64,000 bases of DNA from the human T2T-CHM13v2.0 reference genome, Homo sapiens. The DNA lies in assembly GCF_009914755.1 (NCBI RefSeq), contig NC_060929.1, one strand, 5' to 3'. Below, one piece after another: positions 44,660-64,000 of the stretch. The translations under genes and the position numbers were made by a program. A model generated the notes under the pieces. It saw only the letters and a program-made list of their open reading frames with translations, was not told the DNA's origin and did not search any database. Each line of letters begins with the position of its first letter. The stretch's first letter is position 1.

Positions 44660-46500
44660 TACAAAAAATAATCGTAAAATTCATATGGAAGCAAAAAGAG
44701 CCCTGAGTAGACAAAGCAATCCTAAACAAAAAGAACAAAGCTGGAGCCATCACATTACCTGTCTTCAAATTATACGACAAGGCTATAGCAACCAAAACGG
44801 CATGGCACTGGTATAAAAATAGACACATAGGTCAATGGAATGGAATAGAGAGCCCAGAAAGAAAGCCACATACCCACAGCCAACTGATCTTTGACAAAGT
44901 CGACAAAAATGTACACTGGGGAAATGATACTCTATTCAATAAATGGTGCTGGGAAAATTTGACTGCCATATGCATAAGAATGAAACTGGGCTCCTATCTC
45001 TCACCATACACAAGAAATTAATGCAAGATGGAGTAAAGATTTAAATGTAAGATCTGAAGCTATAAAAATACTAAAAGAAAACCTAGGAAAAACTTATGGT
45101 CATTAGCCTAGGCAAAAATTCATGGCTAAGACTTCAAAAGCAAATACAACAAAACCAAAAATAGACAAATGGGATTTAACTAAACTAGAAAGCTTCTGTC
45201 AGTAAAAGAAATAATCAACTGAATAAGCAGACAATCTGCAGATTGGGAGAAAACATTTGCAAGCTATGCATCCAACAAAGGACTCATATCCAGAATCTAC
45301 AATCAACTCACAACCCCCAAAATAATTTCATTAAAAAGTGGGCAAAGGACATTGAACAGATATTTTTCAAAAGAAGACACACATGTGGCCAACAAGAATA
45401 TGAAAAAGTGCTCCACATCACTAATCACCAGAGAATTGCAAATTAAAACCGCAATGAGATATCATCGTACAGCAGTCAGGATGGCTATTATTAAAAAATA
45501 AAATAATAAGAGATGTGGGCAAGGATGTCGAGTAAAGGGAATGCTTATACACCGTTGGTGGGAATGTATATAAATTAGTACAGCTTCTAGAGAAAACAGT
45601 ATGGAAATTTCTCAAACAACTAAAAATGGAATTACTGTAAGATTCAGCAATCCTACTACTGGATATTCAACCAAAAGAAAAGAAATCGGCCAGGAGCAGT
45701 GGCTCATGCCTCTAATCCCAGCACTTTGGGAGGCTGAGGCAAGCAGATCACCTGAGGTCAGGAGTTCAAGACCAGCCTGACCAACATGGTGAAACCCCTT
45801 CTGTCCTAAAAATACAAAATTATCCGGGCCTGGTGGCAGGTGCCTGTAATCTCAGCTACTCGGGAGGCTGAGGCAGGAGAATAGCTTGAACCCAGGAGGT
45901 GGAGGTTGTGGTGAGCCAAGATTGTGCCGTTGTACTCCAGTCTGGGCAACAAGGTGAAACTCCGTCTCATAAAAAAAAAAAAAAGAAATAAAGATATCAT
46001 TTTACCAAAAAGACACCTGCACTTGTATGTTTATCACAGTACCATTCACAATAGCAAAGTCATAGAATCAACCTAAGTGTCCATCAATGGATGAAACTTA
46101 TAAAATGGATGACACTGATAAAGAAAATGTGGTATACGTGGAATACTACTCAGCCATAAAAAAATAAAATTATGTCTTCTGCAGTAACATGGATGGAGGT
46201 AGAGGACATTATCTTAAATGAAATAATTGAGAAACAGAAAGTCAAAAAGCACCTGTTCTCACTTGTAAGTGGGAGTTAAATTAAATATAGACGCGGACAT
46301 AGAGTGTGAAATAATAGACCCTGGAGACTGGGAAGGGTGGGAGGGTTGGCAAGAGTGAGGGATTGGAAATTAATTAATGGGTACAATGTACACTATTCTG
46401 GTGATGGTTATAATAAAAGCCCAGACTTCATTACTACACACGGTATCCATGAAAAAAAACCCCTGCACTTTATCCCTTAAATTTATATAAATAAAAAAAG
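44660..46500 (+). mobile_element. L1 (L1MA/L1PB-like) 3' fragment with an Alu insertion
   Basis: aaagcaatcctaaacaaaaagaacaaagctggag, ctattcaataaatggtgctggg, 3'UTR and A-rich tail near 46490. Confidence 0.92.
45688..45984 (+). mobile_element. Alu (AluS-like) nested in L1
   Basis: Full Alu with poly(A); L1 sequence resumes after it. Confidence 0.93.
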
Positions 46501-46577
46501 AAAGGAGGGACCCTGAGTCAAAATATAGCACATAAACATAAGATGATAAATCAGGTTTTAGAGGAGAGAAAGATATA

Positions 46578-46654
46578 TAAAGTTGGTGCAAAGGTAATTG
46601 CGGTTTTTGCCATTACTTTTGGTAAAAGCTGCAATTAACTTTGCACCAACCTAA
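46578..46654. mobile_element. MADE1 MITE
   Basis: agttggtgcaaaggtaattgcgg...gcaattaactttgcaccaacctaa inverted repeats. Confidence 0.9.
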
Positions 46655-48342
46655 AAGAAGAAAAGACACAGAAGGAAAAAAATATAAAAGCCACAAAGAA
46701 GTAGTGGGGCACAGTGGAGAGAGCGAGCGTTTTGAAATGAGATGATGCGGGGATCAAGCTTCTACTAGAGGTGTGATCTTGGGTAGTTCTCTCTCTCTCT
46801 CTGTCTCTCTCTCTCTCTCCCTTGTTTTTGTTTTTGTTTTAAGTTATTTTTTATTACACAAATAATACATGACTCATTTCTGGAAGAAGCTTTACAACAC
46901 AGATAAAGTAGAGTTTCAGATGACCTCTCACTCCTCCTTGCCCTCTCTTTCCCAGAAACTACCATTGTTTATCTTTGCAGAACTTTTTCTAAGTGTTTAC
47001 TGACCTTTGTATGTATGCACAGGAATATCTGATTAAAAACCTAAATTGCTCTGCATGCTGAATATTGTGCTGCCTATTCTGGGCCTATCTTGTTCTTTGT
47101 AAATGTTCCAGAGTATTCTGTGTTAGGGATAGTCCAGGTTTGTTCAGTCTTCCCCCTTGACTAAAAACAATGTAATGTTAAGCATCTACTTGTGCTTTTC
47201 TGTGTAACTGCAGGGCAGTGGTGGGGGGAAGTGTTCTAGGACAGAGATCTAAAAGTAGAATTGCTGAGATGAAAGATTTGCATATTTTATTTTCCTGTAG
47301 GATCTGCCAATTGTCCTCCAGTGAGGCTTCAGCAATGTGCCTCAATGAAGTCTTGTCTCCTCATACCCTCTCCGTCACTGGACGTTTGTAATCACTTTTT
47401 AATTTCATTAGCACAATCACTTAATCCTCCAGGGCATCAGCTTACTCTGTAAAAAGGCAAAAATTCTACTCCACAATAAAGTTATGACAATTATTTAACA
47501 ACAGTGCCCATCACAAACTCACAAAAGACACTTTATAAATGTTAATTCTCTTCCCTTATTATGGATATTTTAGTGAAAAAAAATTAGTCAAACCAGATGT
47601 GTCTCTGTGTAACTTTCTTACGGTGCTAATAAACCTTTGCAATTGGTAGCATGTGTTTAACTGCTGAGTAAGCCTATTTTTTTCAAAAACTTTTAGCCCA
47701 CATTCATATTCCATTTTTAATTAAAGTGCCGTAATCAGGAATATTTCTCTTGAGTTTAGCATTGCTATATTATCATGTCATGTATTATAACTCAGTTTTC
47801 CCACTACATTTCTTCTTTCAATTACTGTAAAACCTTTGTTTCTGTAGTTCATCATGACAATGTTTGGCCTGCACTTGTTAGCCTGAGACAAGTAAAGGTG
47901 TATTTTAATGACAATTAATGAAAAAGTTATTCTTCCATTAACTTTTTTTTAGACTTTCACTGAATGAAAACATAATGTAAAAAATTGTGTAAGAAATTTG
48001 TGGATTTCTGAGAATGTCCAAAGACCTTGGGTTGATCTATACTGCCCTAATTGCCACAGTTAGGTTATCAATTGCATGTAAAGATACCTCCACCTTATTT
48101 ATCTAATCTGTATACTTTGCTTAATAATTCTAACTATAATATCAAACAATGCCAGGTTTTACAGCTTCTAAGTCTAATTCTTAAATCTTGTCACTATATT
48201 ATAAAAATTAAGTTAAAAACCGTAGTCACATTTACTGTTGTGCATATAATCGTGTATAAAGTCCAAACATAATAGTCAATTGGTGAAATGAACACATAAT
48301 TAATGAATATGTAATAATCATTCATATTAATTCCTTTTTTCT

Positions 48343-49990
<1,648 letters not shown>

Positions 49991-50507
49991 TCCTTTTTTC
50001 TGATTCCCTACATCCAATACATGAGAATTCCCCATTAATGCTACAGCTGAAACTCATTCTAGATTCATCCATTTCTTTCTCCTCCATTTGACCTCCCTTG
50101 TGCAAACTTCATCATCTCTTATCTGGACTCTTAACAGTAGCCTCCTCACCAGTTTTTTGGTGTCATTATTATTTGCCTACAGCTGATGCTCTACACAGGA
50201 AAAAGAGGTCCTAAAATGCAAACCAGACTATAACATTCCTCTTCATTATGGCTCCAATTTCAATGTCTTCCTATCATAAATTCCAAACTGTGACCTTCTG
50301 GATCTATGGAATTTGGTCAGTGCCTACTGCTCCAGCCTCATCTGGAACCATTATTCCTCCTTCATCTGTGATATTCCAGCCCATCCAAGTCTTTCTGTTT
50401 CTTTAACCCCATAAAGCTTGTTCTTACCTAAGGAATTTGTACTCCCTGCTCTCTGATCAGAACGCTCCTTTCCCCTATTATTGTATTACCATTCATGTTT
50501 CTGCTTA

Positions 50508-51064
<557 letters not shown>

Positions 51065-51507
51065 ATATAAAATAAATGGTGGGTACACATGTCTCATTTG
51101 AAGTTCAACCTAAAGAGGCAACAGGCAGGCTGTGAAAAGACCAATAACTTCAGAAGTTATTGCACTACTGAAGTGCAATATTGCCTGGTATATACTATCG
51201 TCACCTCCCATTCTTTTGTTTTGAAACACAACTTATTTGTTTGCAATTCTTAATAATACCACGTTAACTACCAGCTGACACTTTCAGTTAGTATTTCATT
51301 GTCTGAGAGTTCCTTCTGGCTATCACTTGCCCTTTCTGCAAGAGCCAAAGCATACGTGGGCCAAACATTTGCTGAAGTAAGAGAACCTGGGGATTGTAAG
51401 GTGGGAAAAGCCTTGTTAAGATGCCATGGCATTACCTCTTTTGTAATTGGACAAATGAGGAAGTGACAAGCAGGGGTGAAGGATGGTAAAGATAATGAGG
51501 AGAATCA

Positions 51508-53815
<2,308 letters not shown>

Positions 53816-55651
53816 ATAGAATCCCTTTTGGGCCTATCCTATATCACTTATAGAACAAATGACCAAGGAATCAGAATTTCTGTTCCTAGAGATAGAACCA
53901 TAAAACCCTAGGACTGAAAGTCTTTGAATTTACTGTTCCAGTGCTTTTTATATAATTTGGCATAAACAAACCAGTTGATTATTTGTGAAGCCATCTTCCT
54001 GGTTCTGCACAGGACTTTAACACATGGAATAAGAATATCATTTAGACTTAGGGATGACATAGCATAAGGAAACCCTGAAAAACACTCTCCCTTTTTATCA
54101 AAGATGAAAAATCCAAGGTCCAGATAAGTTTAATAAATGATTTACTCAAGGACACAAAGCTTAAAAACATGAGCTCCCGGACTAAAATCCTGTTTTTCTT
54201 CTTTAAGTCTGAAGTTCTTTCTATCATGCCATGAAATCAAAATAAGCTCTTTCTCTCTTTTTAGTTTGTTTAAAAACCTTAAAAAGATAAAACATAAGCA
54301 TCTTATTTTTGTTAGTGTTTTCAGCATCTCAATGGTGAAATAACTGAAAAGGTACATGTTACTCTCTAAGATGAAAGAGGAAGCTAAGAAGAGACTAGGC
54401 AAAATGCAAAGTCAACAACTAATAGACTAAGGGCGAACAGAAGCAGGGAGACCTCTTCTCCCATAGAGAAACCAGTGTCTCAGCTTTTCTTTGTGATGAG
54501 GAGTACTGTAAAATTTCTTAAAAGTTATGGTTCTATTTGTTTGCTTGCTCTTACCTGTGTGTGTGCGTTTGTGGTGGGATGATTATTTAGGAGTAAGCAA
54601 GATTGACAAATAAACAATAAGGAGGAGGGGAATTGCTGATAGTCAAGTCTCTAAGCTGGGGAAAGGGAAAAGGGGCATGAGGTAGGAAAAGAGAACAGAA
54701 TGGAGATCCAGCCAGGCAGACACTACATTGGCTATTCAACCTTCTTTAAGGAGAAACCAAGAATATGTCAAAGAAGGAGCCCAGTTGGTAGGCGTAGGGA
54801 GTTTGACAACAGCAACTGGGTTAGACATCTATCAGACAGGGAGACAGGGTTTGGAGAAGACTCCGGTTGATTGATGACTCTGATATAAGCGGTGAACATT
54901 GTTGGATTGAGTTGACACCATTCTATCAAGAAAGTGACTCACATGGGCTGGAGTATGCCGGTGTCCAATGGTTGTAACTAGCTGGGGGCTTCTTTTGACT
55001 CATTGGGGAAAACCTCTGCCTTCTTCTGGGACTTATAAAAGAGAAGTGACAAAACTTGCTGTGAAAGCAGGTAGAAACGCTGCTGTGTAATTTAATAATA
55101 GGCTCAACAATTTATATGCCCTTTTCATGCGGGTACATGCTGTGTGGAATGTTTCTGAGAGATTTTAAACTGCAGGCTCCTAACTACCCAGTATTCTTCC
55201 TGGCCACTCCTTAAAGAATGCTGGGCAGAAAGGAATCTCAGAACTCATTGGCTGGTGCCTCCAAATGGGGGTAGGCAGTACCAGCTTTCAAGGAAGTGTT
55301 TGGAATTGAGTGCTGGTGTTGGGGGAAGGGGTTGCTTTTGGTCATTACAATAGTGAATAACCTAGTGAATGCTACTGGCTTCTTAGGGGCTCAAGGTCAG
55401 GGAGTCTAAAATTCCTATGATAGGAGAATTCTAATGGATAAGGAATAGTGTGTCCCAGACATCAGTGACATTCAAGAATATGGAATCACTCATTTTATAG
55501 CTGAGATCCAGAAGGATTATGTGCTCCAGGGGCCGGTACAGAGCACAGATCAGCTCTCCTCAAATACAGCCTCCCTTCTACGGGAACTCATTCTAGTGCC
55601 CCACAGTGGCCTCTTCATATTTGTTGTCTTGTGTTCAGAGAATCCCAAGTC

Positions 55652-55972
<321 letters not shown>

Positions 55973-58579
55973 CCAAGTCATTTTTATATTTGCTTAAGAA
56001 CAACATGTTTAGAAAGGCACACTGCTGCTATTACAATCATTAACAAAAGATAATCTATACTTTGAAATAAAACAATGAAACATTTAACAACCTGCAACTT
56101 TGGATGATCATATGATTGGTCTTCATTTCTTGATTATTCTGACTGGTGTTTCTTTAAAAGTGCCAATCTTTAAAAAGATAAATGCTGTTTGTCTCTCAAA
56201 ACAGTCATAAATTGTGGGAAAGGAAACAAAGACGAAAACATTAGTTTTTCAGAAATGAGGCTTTTTGTTAAAAGTAAAATAAAAATAGCAACACAACTTC
56301 CTGATTTTCTGAGTGAAGTTATTTCATGTGCTAGTTATTTGGTGTGGCTCCTCAAGCCCATTTTAATTGAGATGGTGTAGGCAGCTAAAAGAAATGCACT
56401 GGTAAAACCACAACTAGGTTTCATCTTGATAGGCAGGAGCAAAAACAGAAAGGAAAGAGGCCAGCCTAATTTCCAGAGACTGGGGGGTTACAATTTCAAT
56501 TAGGCATCATGGGTGTGTGGGAGGAAGGCAGTTATCCTCATTCTCCTGTATGTTGTTTCTGACTTTGAAAGATGTAGACTATCTCAGGAACTTTTGTCCT
56601 GGCAACAGTAGAATATAACTTTTTGATGGCTTTCATTATTTCCAGGCATTGGTAGCTCACACTTATTTCAGTACCATCCTGAATTTAGTAACATCATGCA
56701 GTGGCCCCACAGGCTGGAGGCTAGACACCTATCTTGTTTCCTGAGGGCTGTGGCTAACCTCCAAAGTTTATTGTTTCTGTTGCTGCCTTCTTACTATTGT
56801 GCGCCTGCTACCTAGAGAGGACTCTATTTCCTTGGGGTAACTAACAAACCAAAGAAGTCCGTAACCTACCTGTTCCTTTAAATTCACAGAGCTATAGAGC
56901 TAGAAGGTATCTCAGGGGTGGTCTAATTCAACCTTCACATTTTGCAAAATGAGAAGGTGGTCAAAGAAGTTATTTGTCCCAGGTCTCCCAAAGCTGACAG
57001 AGTTGGGCCCAGGACTGAATCTCTTGACATTAAACCTAACCACATTGCTCAATGTAATAACTGCAGGCTGATTAAGTTCTCTACAACGTATTGTGCTCAA
57101 ACTACTGATTGTCATAGAATCATTTAGAATGCAAAACTATTTTTTCCCACAGTGAGTTTTACAAAATTTGCCATTGTTTTACTTCAAACTTTTGAGCCTC
57201 AACATTTTATATATGAAATGGCACCAACAAAATCTGTAACTCTCTTCATTTTCTTTTTCACGTCCTGGAGATTGCATGTGTACGTGTGTATGCTTTGTGA
57301 GATAAGGTGTCTTGCAGCTCTGGCTTTGAACAACAAAGTTGCTGAAGCTGTTAGAAGCTGCAAGAATACCCACTTCCTACTTTACTGGTGACATATTTTT
57401 GCAAAGCTGTTCTCACTCCGCTTCCCCATCTCAAGCAAATTAAGATTTAGAACAATGACTTTAAGTTCCCTTTTATGCTACTTCTGCTCTTGTACAGTAA
57501 AATAGCTTTCCTGCAAACACAAAATATTTTCCACCAGTGAACTAAAATTGTAAGTATTATCTGTTACCTGCATTGACCTCATGCAGCATTTCCCCCAAAG
57601 TTAATTCCTGTGAACATTGGTCCTACTTAGATATTTTGGGAGAAAGAACAAAAAGGTTCTGTGGTCAAATATGATTTGGAAATTGCTGTGAATTATACTT
57701 TTCCTTTGATATTCATAGTGTTCATTACTGTCTCAAAGACTTTATAATAAGAGAACTAATTTAACTTTGCTTAACCCAAGATTTTCTGAATGTATTTGAA
57801 TCATTTTTCCTCTGCAACATTCATGTGTGAACATCCTGCAGAAGGCTTAGTAGATGAGTCATGATGAGATTACAGTAGCGTTTATTGAGTGTGTACTGTA
57901 TGCCCTACAGTTTTACAAGCACTTTAGTGGGATGATGCCTCTGTCAGGCTCAAATATCATAGAACAAATTCAGACTCTATAGTCGTCAAAATGCCCGTGG
58001 TTTAATTTTGGCTGTCCTTCCTATGAATTACATAACATTGTATAAATCACTTAATCTCTGAGCCTCTGAATCTTCACTGTAATATGGGAGAATAAAGACA
58101 GACTATGAGGTAATGTGGAGAGAGACAAAAATAAAGTTACTGGTAAAATATCCAAATAAAGTGGAAAAACATGGGCAACATTGAGGTTTTTTTTAACTGC
58201 AACAAGATTCAAAAAAATGCATAAGTCCTCCCATTATGTTTCTGATGACAACTGAGGTGAATTTAAAAAATCTTTAAAGAAATATCACCTGGGAAATTAA
58301 CATTGTGTGTACTAGACAGCTTCCCCCCAACATCTTTTAACACATTGCAATAGTTTTCTGATAGGTACCGGATAATTTTCTTATAATCTTAGGAAATCCT
58401 TTATGTTAGGAAACGTATCATCTTGTCAAGCACATAGAAAACTGGCTGAGTTTGAAAATCTTCTATCTAGCCCTGGCTTTCCGCGGGCTGGGGCACAGAA
58501 GAGTCCATACGTAGTTTTGCATGTAAATGTCGGCTTGTTTGTTCCCACACTAGCTAACAAGAGTCCTTTTAAGTCCATG

Positions 58580-58830
58580 ATAATAACAGATAATATTTTT
58601 AGAGTGCTTCCTGTGTGCTAGGCACTGCTTTGAGAGCTCTACTTATGAAAATATCCATTTAATCTCTCAAAAACCATATACGGTAGGCAGCGCTATTGTT
58701 CTCATTTGTAGATGAGGAAACATGCAAATTGTTAACTTGCCCAAAGTCTGGCAACTATGGAGGGACAGAGCTCGGATTCAAACCCAGACAGCCTGGTCCC
58801 AAAGCTTGCTAACATGACCACTGTGCACTC
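58580..58830. mobile_element. MIR
   Basis: tgtgtgctaggcactg...gatgaggaaac...ggattcaaacccagacag. Confidence 0.8.
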
Positions 58831-59057
58831 CTCCAGACATGGCAGTGGAACAGCAGGATGGGTCTGGGTTCCAGTGTGGGAACAAGAAAATGGGTAGAGT
58901 AAGAAAAAAAATAATGAGACAATCTTTTCCATTTTCAGGAGTCAGGGAACAAGTACATACAGTTTATCTTTTCAGTAACTTTTTACTTCACACCTCTCCA
59001 TTTCTCCCACGGATGCTCTGAGTTACAGGAAAGTCCACTTTGCTCCATTTCCAAGCT

Positions 59058-59302
59058 TTTCTTCTTTTTTCTTTTTTTTTTTTTTTTGAGACAGAGTGTT
59101 GCTCAGTTGCCCAGGCTGGAGTGCAGTGGTGCGATCTCAACTCACTGCAACCTCTGCCTCCTGAGTTCAAGTGATTCTCCTGCCTCAGCCTCCCAAGTAC
59201 CAATGTCTACCAGGCTGGTCTCAAACTCCTGACCTCAGGTGATCCTCCCACCTTGGCCTCCCAAAGTGTTGAGATTACAGGCATGAGTGACCACGCCCAG
59301 CC
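59058..59302 (-). mobile_element. Alu with a ~68-bp internal deletion
   Basis: cccaagta|ccaatgtctaccaggctgg: the linker and adjoining sequence are missing. Confidence 0.9.
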
Positions 59303-60746
59303 CTGCACTTAAAGCTTTTACTTCTCTCCAGGGGCCTGCACATGCAAGTCTATTCACCCCTACCTCCTCTCCTCAACCTATATCCTCTTCCCTCACTTGC
59401 CTGGTTTATGCCTACTCTGTCTTTGGGGCTCAGCTTAGGCATCAGTTCCAGTAGGAAGTCTTCCCTATCTAACCCTCCAGGAATACTTAAGCCTTCAAGC
59501 ACCCAGTACCCCATATTCTCCTTACCTTGGCACTTAACATGTGGTAATGTAAGTGCCCATTTTTCTGACCATGACTCCTATTAGAAGGTAAACTTCAGGA
59601 GAACAGAGACGTAACTGTCTCATCTCTATTGGATTCCTGAGGTCTACAACAATACCTAGCACATGGTTGGTGTTTAATAATTGCTATCCACCACTGCACC
59701 ATTCCCCAATGTTTGCCATGTCCAGAATAATATTTCTATAATTTCCTTCTTCCTAGTGTATTAACGGGAAAGTAATTTCAGACTCTAGAATGCTGTTGGA
59801 AGAAGTGAGGAGGAGTGTTTCTACTCAAGCCTTGCCTCCTTTGTTCTTTTCCATTTTCACGTGCTCACCATTCCCCTGATGCCCTTCACCAGCGCTTAAT
59901 TCCTATTTCATTCCTATTCCTTTTCCATTCCTCCCATCCTTATGTGTTAGGAGGAGATCCTTTGTAACAGCATATGTGATGAGCATATGCTTTTGGGTGT
60001 TGGACAAGACCTGTTAGAAAAGTCCCTATTGAAAGGCTGACCAGACCAACCCAGGAAGACTATGTGGGCAGAACTCTTACCCCTACTTTTGTTCTCTGGC
60101 CAGGTATCTTGGCTCCTTAGGGGAAGAAAACAGTTGAGATGGAAGCAGAGCTATTTTAGCAAAAGATGCTAATGCTGTTGCTGCTGCCTCCACGAAGTGG
60201 TAAAATGTGGTTGGTATTTCCCACTAAATGCTGGTGTAGCTAAGATGGAGAGCAGTAGGGGCAGAAGGCAACTTGAGAGGAGGCCATCTACTTTCTACTT
60301 CTCCAGCTTCTACCCTATTTATATTATAATTTTGTGAATAATAAACCCTTTTATTGAAGCAGTCTTGTGACCAGGCTATATTACCACCGTACATTTTTTA
60401 TTTTTAATAGCTATTTTGTCAGTATAAGCCTAAGAGATTATATAAAAGATTACTTTTCCATATATTTCTGGAACAGAAATTCAGGGATTTGCTCACTCAG
60501 CCAGTCACTCACTCATTCGTTCAACCAATGCTTGCCAAGCACACAGTTCAAAGGTGTTTTGCTGGGCATACAGGGAAACTTGGGGAAGAGGAGAGCATGG
60601 TCCTTGCTTTTATGGAACTCATGATACATATGGATTTAGGGACAGAAATAACTGACACCATATAGAACAGAATACGTATGATGTTGTGGGAAATATTAAG
60701 TAAGTTTTAGAGGTGTGAGAATTGAGGTAGCAGCAGATCATTATAT

Positions 60747-60970
60747 CAGTGCTGTCCAAAAGAATGTTCTGAGAAGATGAAAATGTTCAAATGTTTGTGC
60801 TTATATAGCGTATATAGTATACTTATATACTGTAGCTACTAGTCGCCTGTGGCTATTGAATGTTTAAGATGTGGCTAGTGCAACTGAGGAGCTGAATTTT
60901 GAATTTCAATTTAATTTAATTTAATTTAAACATCCACTGTGGTTAGTGGATACTATATAGGACAGTATAG
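60747..60970. mobile_element. MER3/MER33-like hAT element
   Basis: cagtgctgtccaa...gtggctattga...gtggctagtgcaactgaggagctgaattt...ggacagtatag. Confidence 0.8.
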
Positions 60971-61394
60971 AACTGATAGATCTATAGTCTGTCAGGCAGG
61001 TAGAATTATAAAAACTCAGAGAAGCATCAGGTCCCAAGAGGTAGGCTGGAGTGTTAACAATGTAGCGAGAACTGAAGCTCCTGTGAGCTCTGGGCCCTTG
61101 CACTGCCTGCTTATTTGACATCTCCAAGGTCTCAAAGATTCCTCAAATTGAACATGTTCAAAATAAAAATCATGGTCCTCCCCTGAATCCTGGTCACTCT
61201 CTCAAAACCTGTGACCCTGTAATTGTTTAAACTAGAATCTTAGGCATCATCCTTGACACCTACTCATTCTCATCCACACAACCAATCCATTATTTTCTAG
61301 TGTAAGTATCTCCAAACCCAACCTCTTTTCTCATCTCCATGTCTACCTCCTTAATCGAGGCTCATGGATTACTACATGATCTCCTACTTCCTTT

Positions 61395-61550
61395 TTTAAT
61401 TTTTTTTAATTGTGGTAAGAATACTTAACATAATGTCTACCCTCTTGACAAATTTTTATGTGCACAATACTTAATTGCTAACTAGAGCTGGATTGCTGTA
61501 CAGCACATCTCTAGAACTTATTCATCTTGTGTAGCTGAAATCATGTACTG
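61395..61550 (-). mobile_element. Short L1M 3'-end fragment within L2-like sequence
   Basis: ttgtggtaagaatacttaacat...tctctagaacttattcatcttg. Confidence 0.7.
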
Positions 61551-61798
61551 GCCTACTCCTGCTACTAGAAGAATTCTTCCCAAACATCAAAACCTCACCA
61601 GGTCACCCTCATGTTTAGGCTTAAGCCCCAAGTCCTTAACATGACATATAAGGTTCGGTTCCTGCCTAACTAACTCCCCAGTACCATTTTTTATTGCTTT
61701 TCCCTGCTTTCTCCTCACTGCAACCTCATTCATCTTCTTATCATTCCTCAAATAATGCCAGTGTGAACAGAGTGCAGGTGGCACATACAAATGCTTTT

Positions 61799-61814
61799 TG
61801 TGTGTGTGTGCATG

Positions 61815-61850
<36 letters not shown>
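61799..61850 (+). repeat. (TG)n microsatellite
   Basis: Interrupted TG run. Confidence 0.93.
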
Positions 61851-61854
<4 letters not shown>

Positions 61855-62525
61855 GTCAAGTATCATGTACCGGTGCTATTTGGTTATGTCAAATTTTGAG
61901 GAAGCTCCCAGAGGTACTGTGCAGGTGCCTCAAGACAATAAAATAATGCTTTTATTTAGACCTGAGGTCTACCTTTGGTTAATATAAAATTTTAATTACA
62001 TAAAGGCTTTCAAAAAGACTCAGGTCATGCACATCATTTTAGCTGGGTTAGTAAGTGTGACCCATGCAGGTACGATTTGGGAAGGCAGAGCTTCTTTTAG
62101 GAGAATCATCTTCCTTGCTAGGTAGTTCATCATAGAACCAATAGGTAAAAACAAGGAGCTATTATTTAAGGTCTTTGAAAGTCAGAGTACTTGGCACATG
62201 GGTGATGTCAAATATATTTAGTAGAATAAAGTGCCCAGTGGAGGCAGAGGAGTTAGTCTCTCCTTGTGCTACTACTTTCCCTACAACAGTTAGCCCTTCT
62301 GCCCTGCACGGCATTTGTGCTATTGTTTCCTTTTCCATTTGTTGTTATTATTAATTTTTTCAGGTGTTTCAGAAAAAAATTCATTATCCTCCAAAGTTGT
62401 TCAGAGCAGGGTTGTCTTCTTAGGAAAAAGGAAATAAGCTACAGACAGGTCTCATTCTAAGCAAAACTAAGTTGACAAAGTTTGTCTTCAAAAGTCCTTG
62501 TGTCTCCTATAGGTGTCTTGTTTCC

Positions 62526-62953
<428 letters not shown>

Positions 62954-63264
62954 TAAAGGGAGAATGAATGTTGTCCCAAAAGTCTTGTAAGCTTCTACAC
63001 AAGTGAACTGCCAAATGCTAGCTCTAGTATCACTTGAGGCAAGCCCAGCATCTACAGTGAGATGTTCTAGAATGATTCATACCAACTGCCTGGTTTACAG
63101 GAAGTTGTTTTCCTTGATATCTCTATTCTTCCATTCCTACTCTCTATGTGTCCCTAAAAAAATGAGTTTCTATAACAACTCAAAACAAGCTATTCTTGAC
63201 TTTGTAAAAATCAAAAAGGCATTTGCCACTTAAAGATGGACTGATTTGGGTTAAAATGTTTCTA

Positions 63265-63460
63265 TTGTCAGTATACATAAGAATCTCCTGGGCAAGTTAT
63301 TAAAAATGGAGATACGTAGGCCTCAAAGCAAGATGTTCTGATTCAGGAAGGGGGCTATGGTGGTGGTGGAATAAGGGCAGGAATCTTCATTTTTAAAAAG
63401 CATCTAAGCTCATTCTGGTATAGATGATCCACAGGCCACATTGGGAGAAACACTGCCTTG
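63265..63460. mobile_element. MER5-family element
   Basis: agaatctcctggg...ttctgattcagga...gcaggaatcttcattttaaaaagcat...gagaaacactg. Confidence 0.7.
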
Positions 63461-64000
63461 AGGAATGATGGGTAAAAAGGAAATTTTATAATAGGTATCA
63501 GGTGAAATAATTTGAGATGATAAAAATTTATATGATCTACTGGCAAACCCAGTATTATATTACTATTTAGTAATTTAGAAGAAAAGGCAATTTTTGGTTT
63601 TCAGAAAGAAAGTAAATAATTAAAAATTAATTTTCTAGGGTAATTTTGTGATCTTATAAGAAAATGTGATTATATTATTCCCAAAAACTATCTAAAGCAG
63701 ATTGTTGTCAAAGTTTTGAGGTAAATTATAATTCAACCAACTGATCAATGAAATCTGAAATATTTTGAAGTTCTGTTATTGAAATAGAAGAACAATATCT
63801 TAAGACAATAAAGAATTCAATTATTTAACAAAAAATAAGTTTTCTTCTATGAGGAGGTAGGTACACTTATCTTAATAAAATCAATAATGTTGTTTGACTT
63901 TATATGATTTCAAATTACTACAATGTGCAATTTTGAAAACAAAAGTTAAACGGGCTATTTTGGTGAGTTTGAACATGAAAATCCTAAACCACTGGGTAAC

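Noticed and set aside
59900-60370. Possible ancient LTR (also 16480-16800 and 54600-55050)
   Set aside because: The composition is suggestive, but I cannot identify termini or a family without a Dfam search.

Overview
Primate (most likely human) genomic DNA, AT-rich and dense in Alu, L1, L2 and MIR repeats. The whole window lies inside FYB1 (ADAP/SLAP-130, FYN-binding protein 1) on the minus strand. Twelve internal coding exons were mapped to the base using GT-AG boundaries and phase continuity; I number them 3-14 from recall of the canonical transcript. They include three micro-exons and the 138-nt cassette exon that separates the FYB-120 and FYB-130 isoforms. Positions 33135-64000 are one large intron that holds a GOLGA5 (golgin-84) processed pseudogene whose central ~1.15 kb has been replaced by a half-Alu. 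I see no evidence for a wholly new gene system. The most interesting signals are a candidate RBFOX/QKI splicing switch around the cassette exon, a repeated micro-exon plus 67-nt exon module, the Alu-substituted retrocopy, a nested AluJ > local duplication > AluY structure, a MADE1 inside an Alu, and an unexplained 83-bp duplication flanking exons 6-7. Protein and repeat identifications rest on recalled sequences, not database searches.
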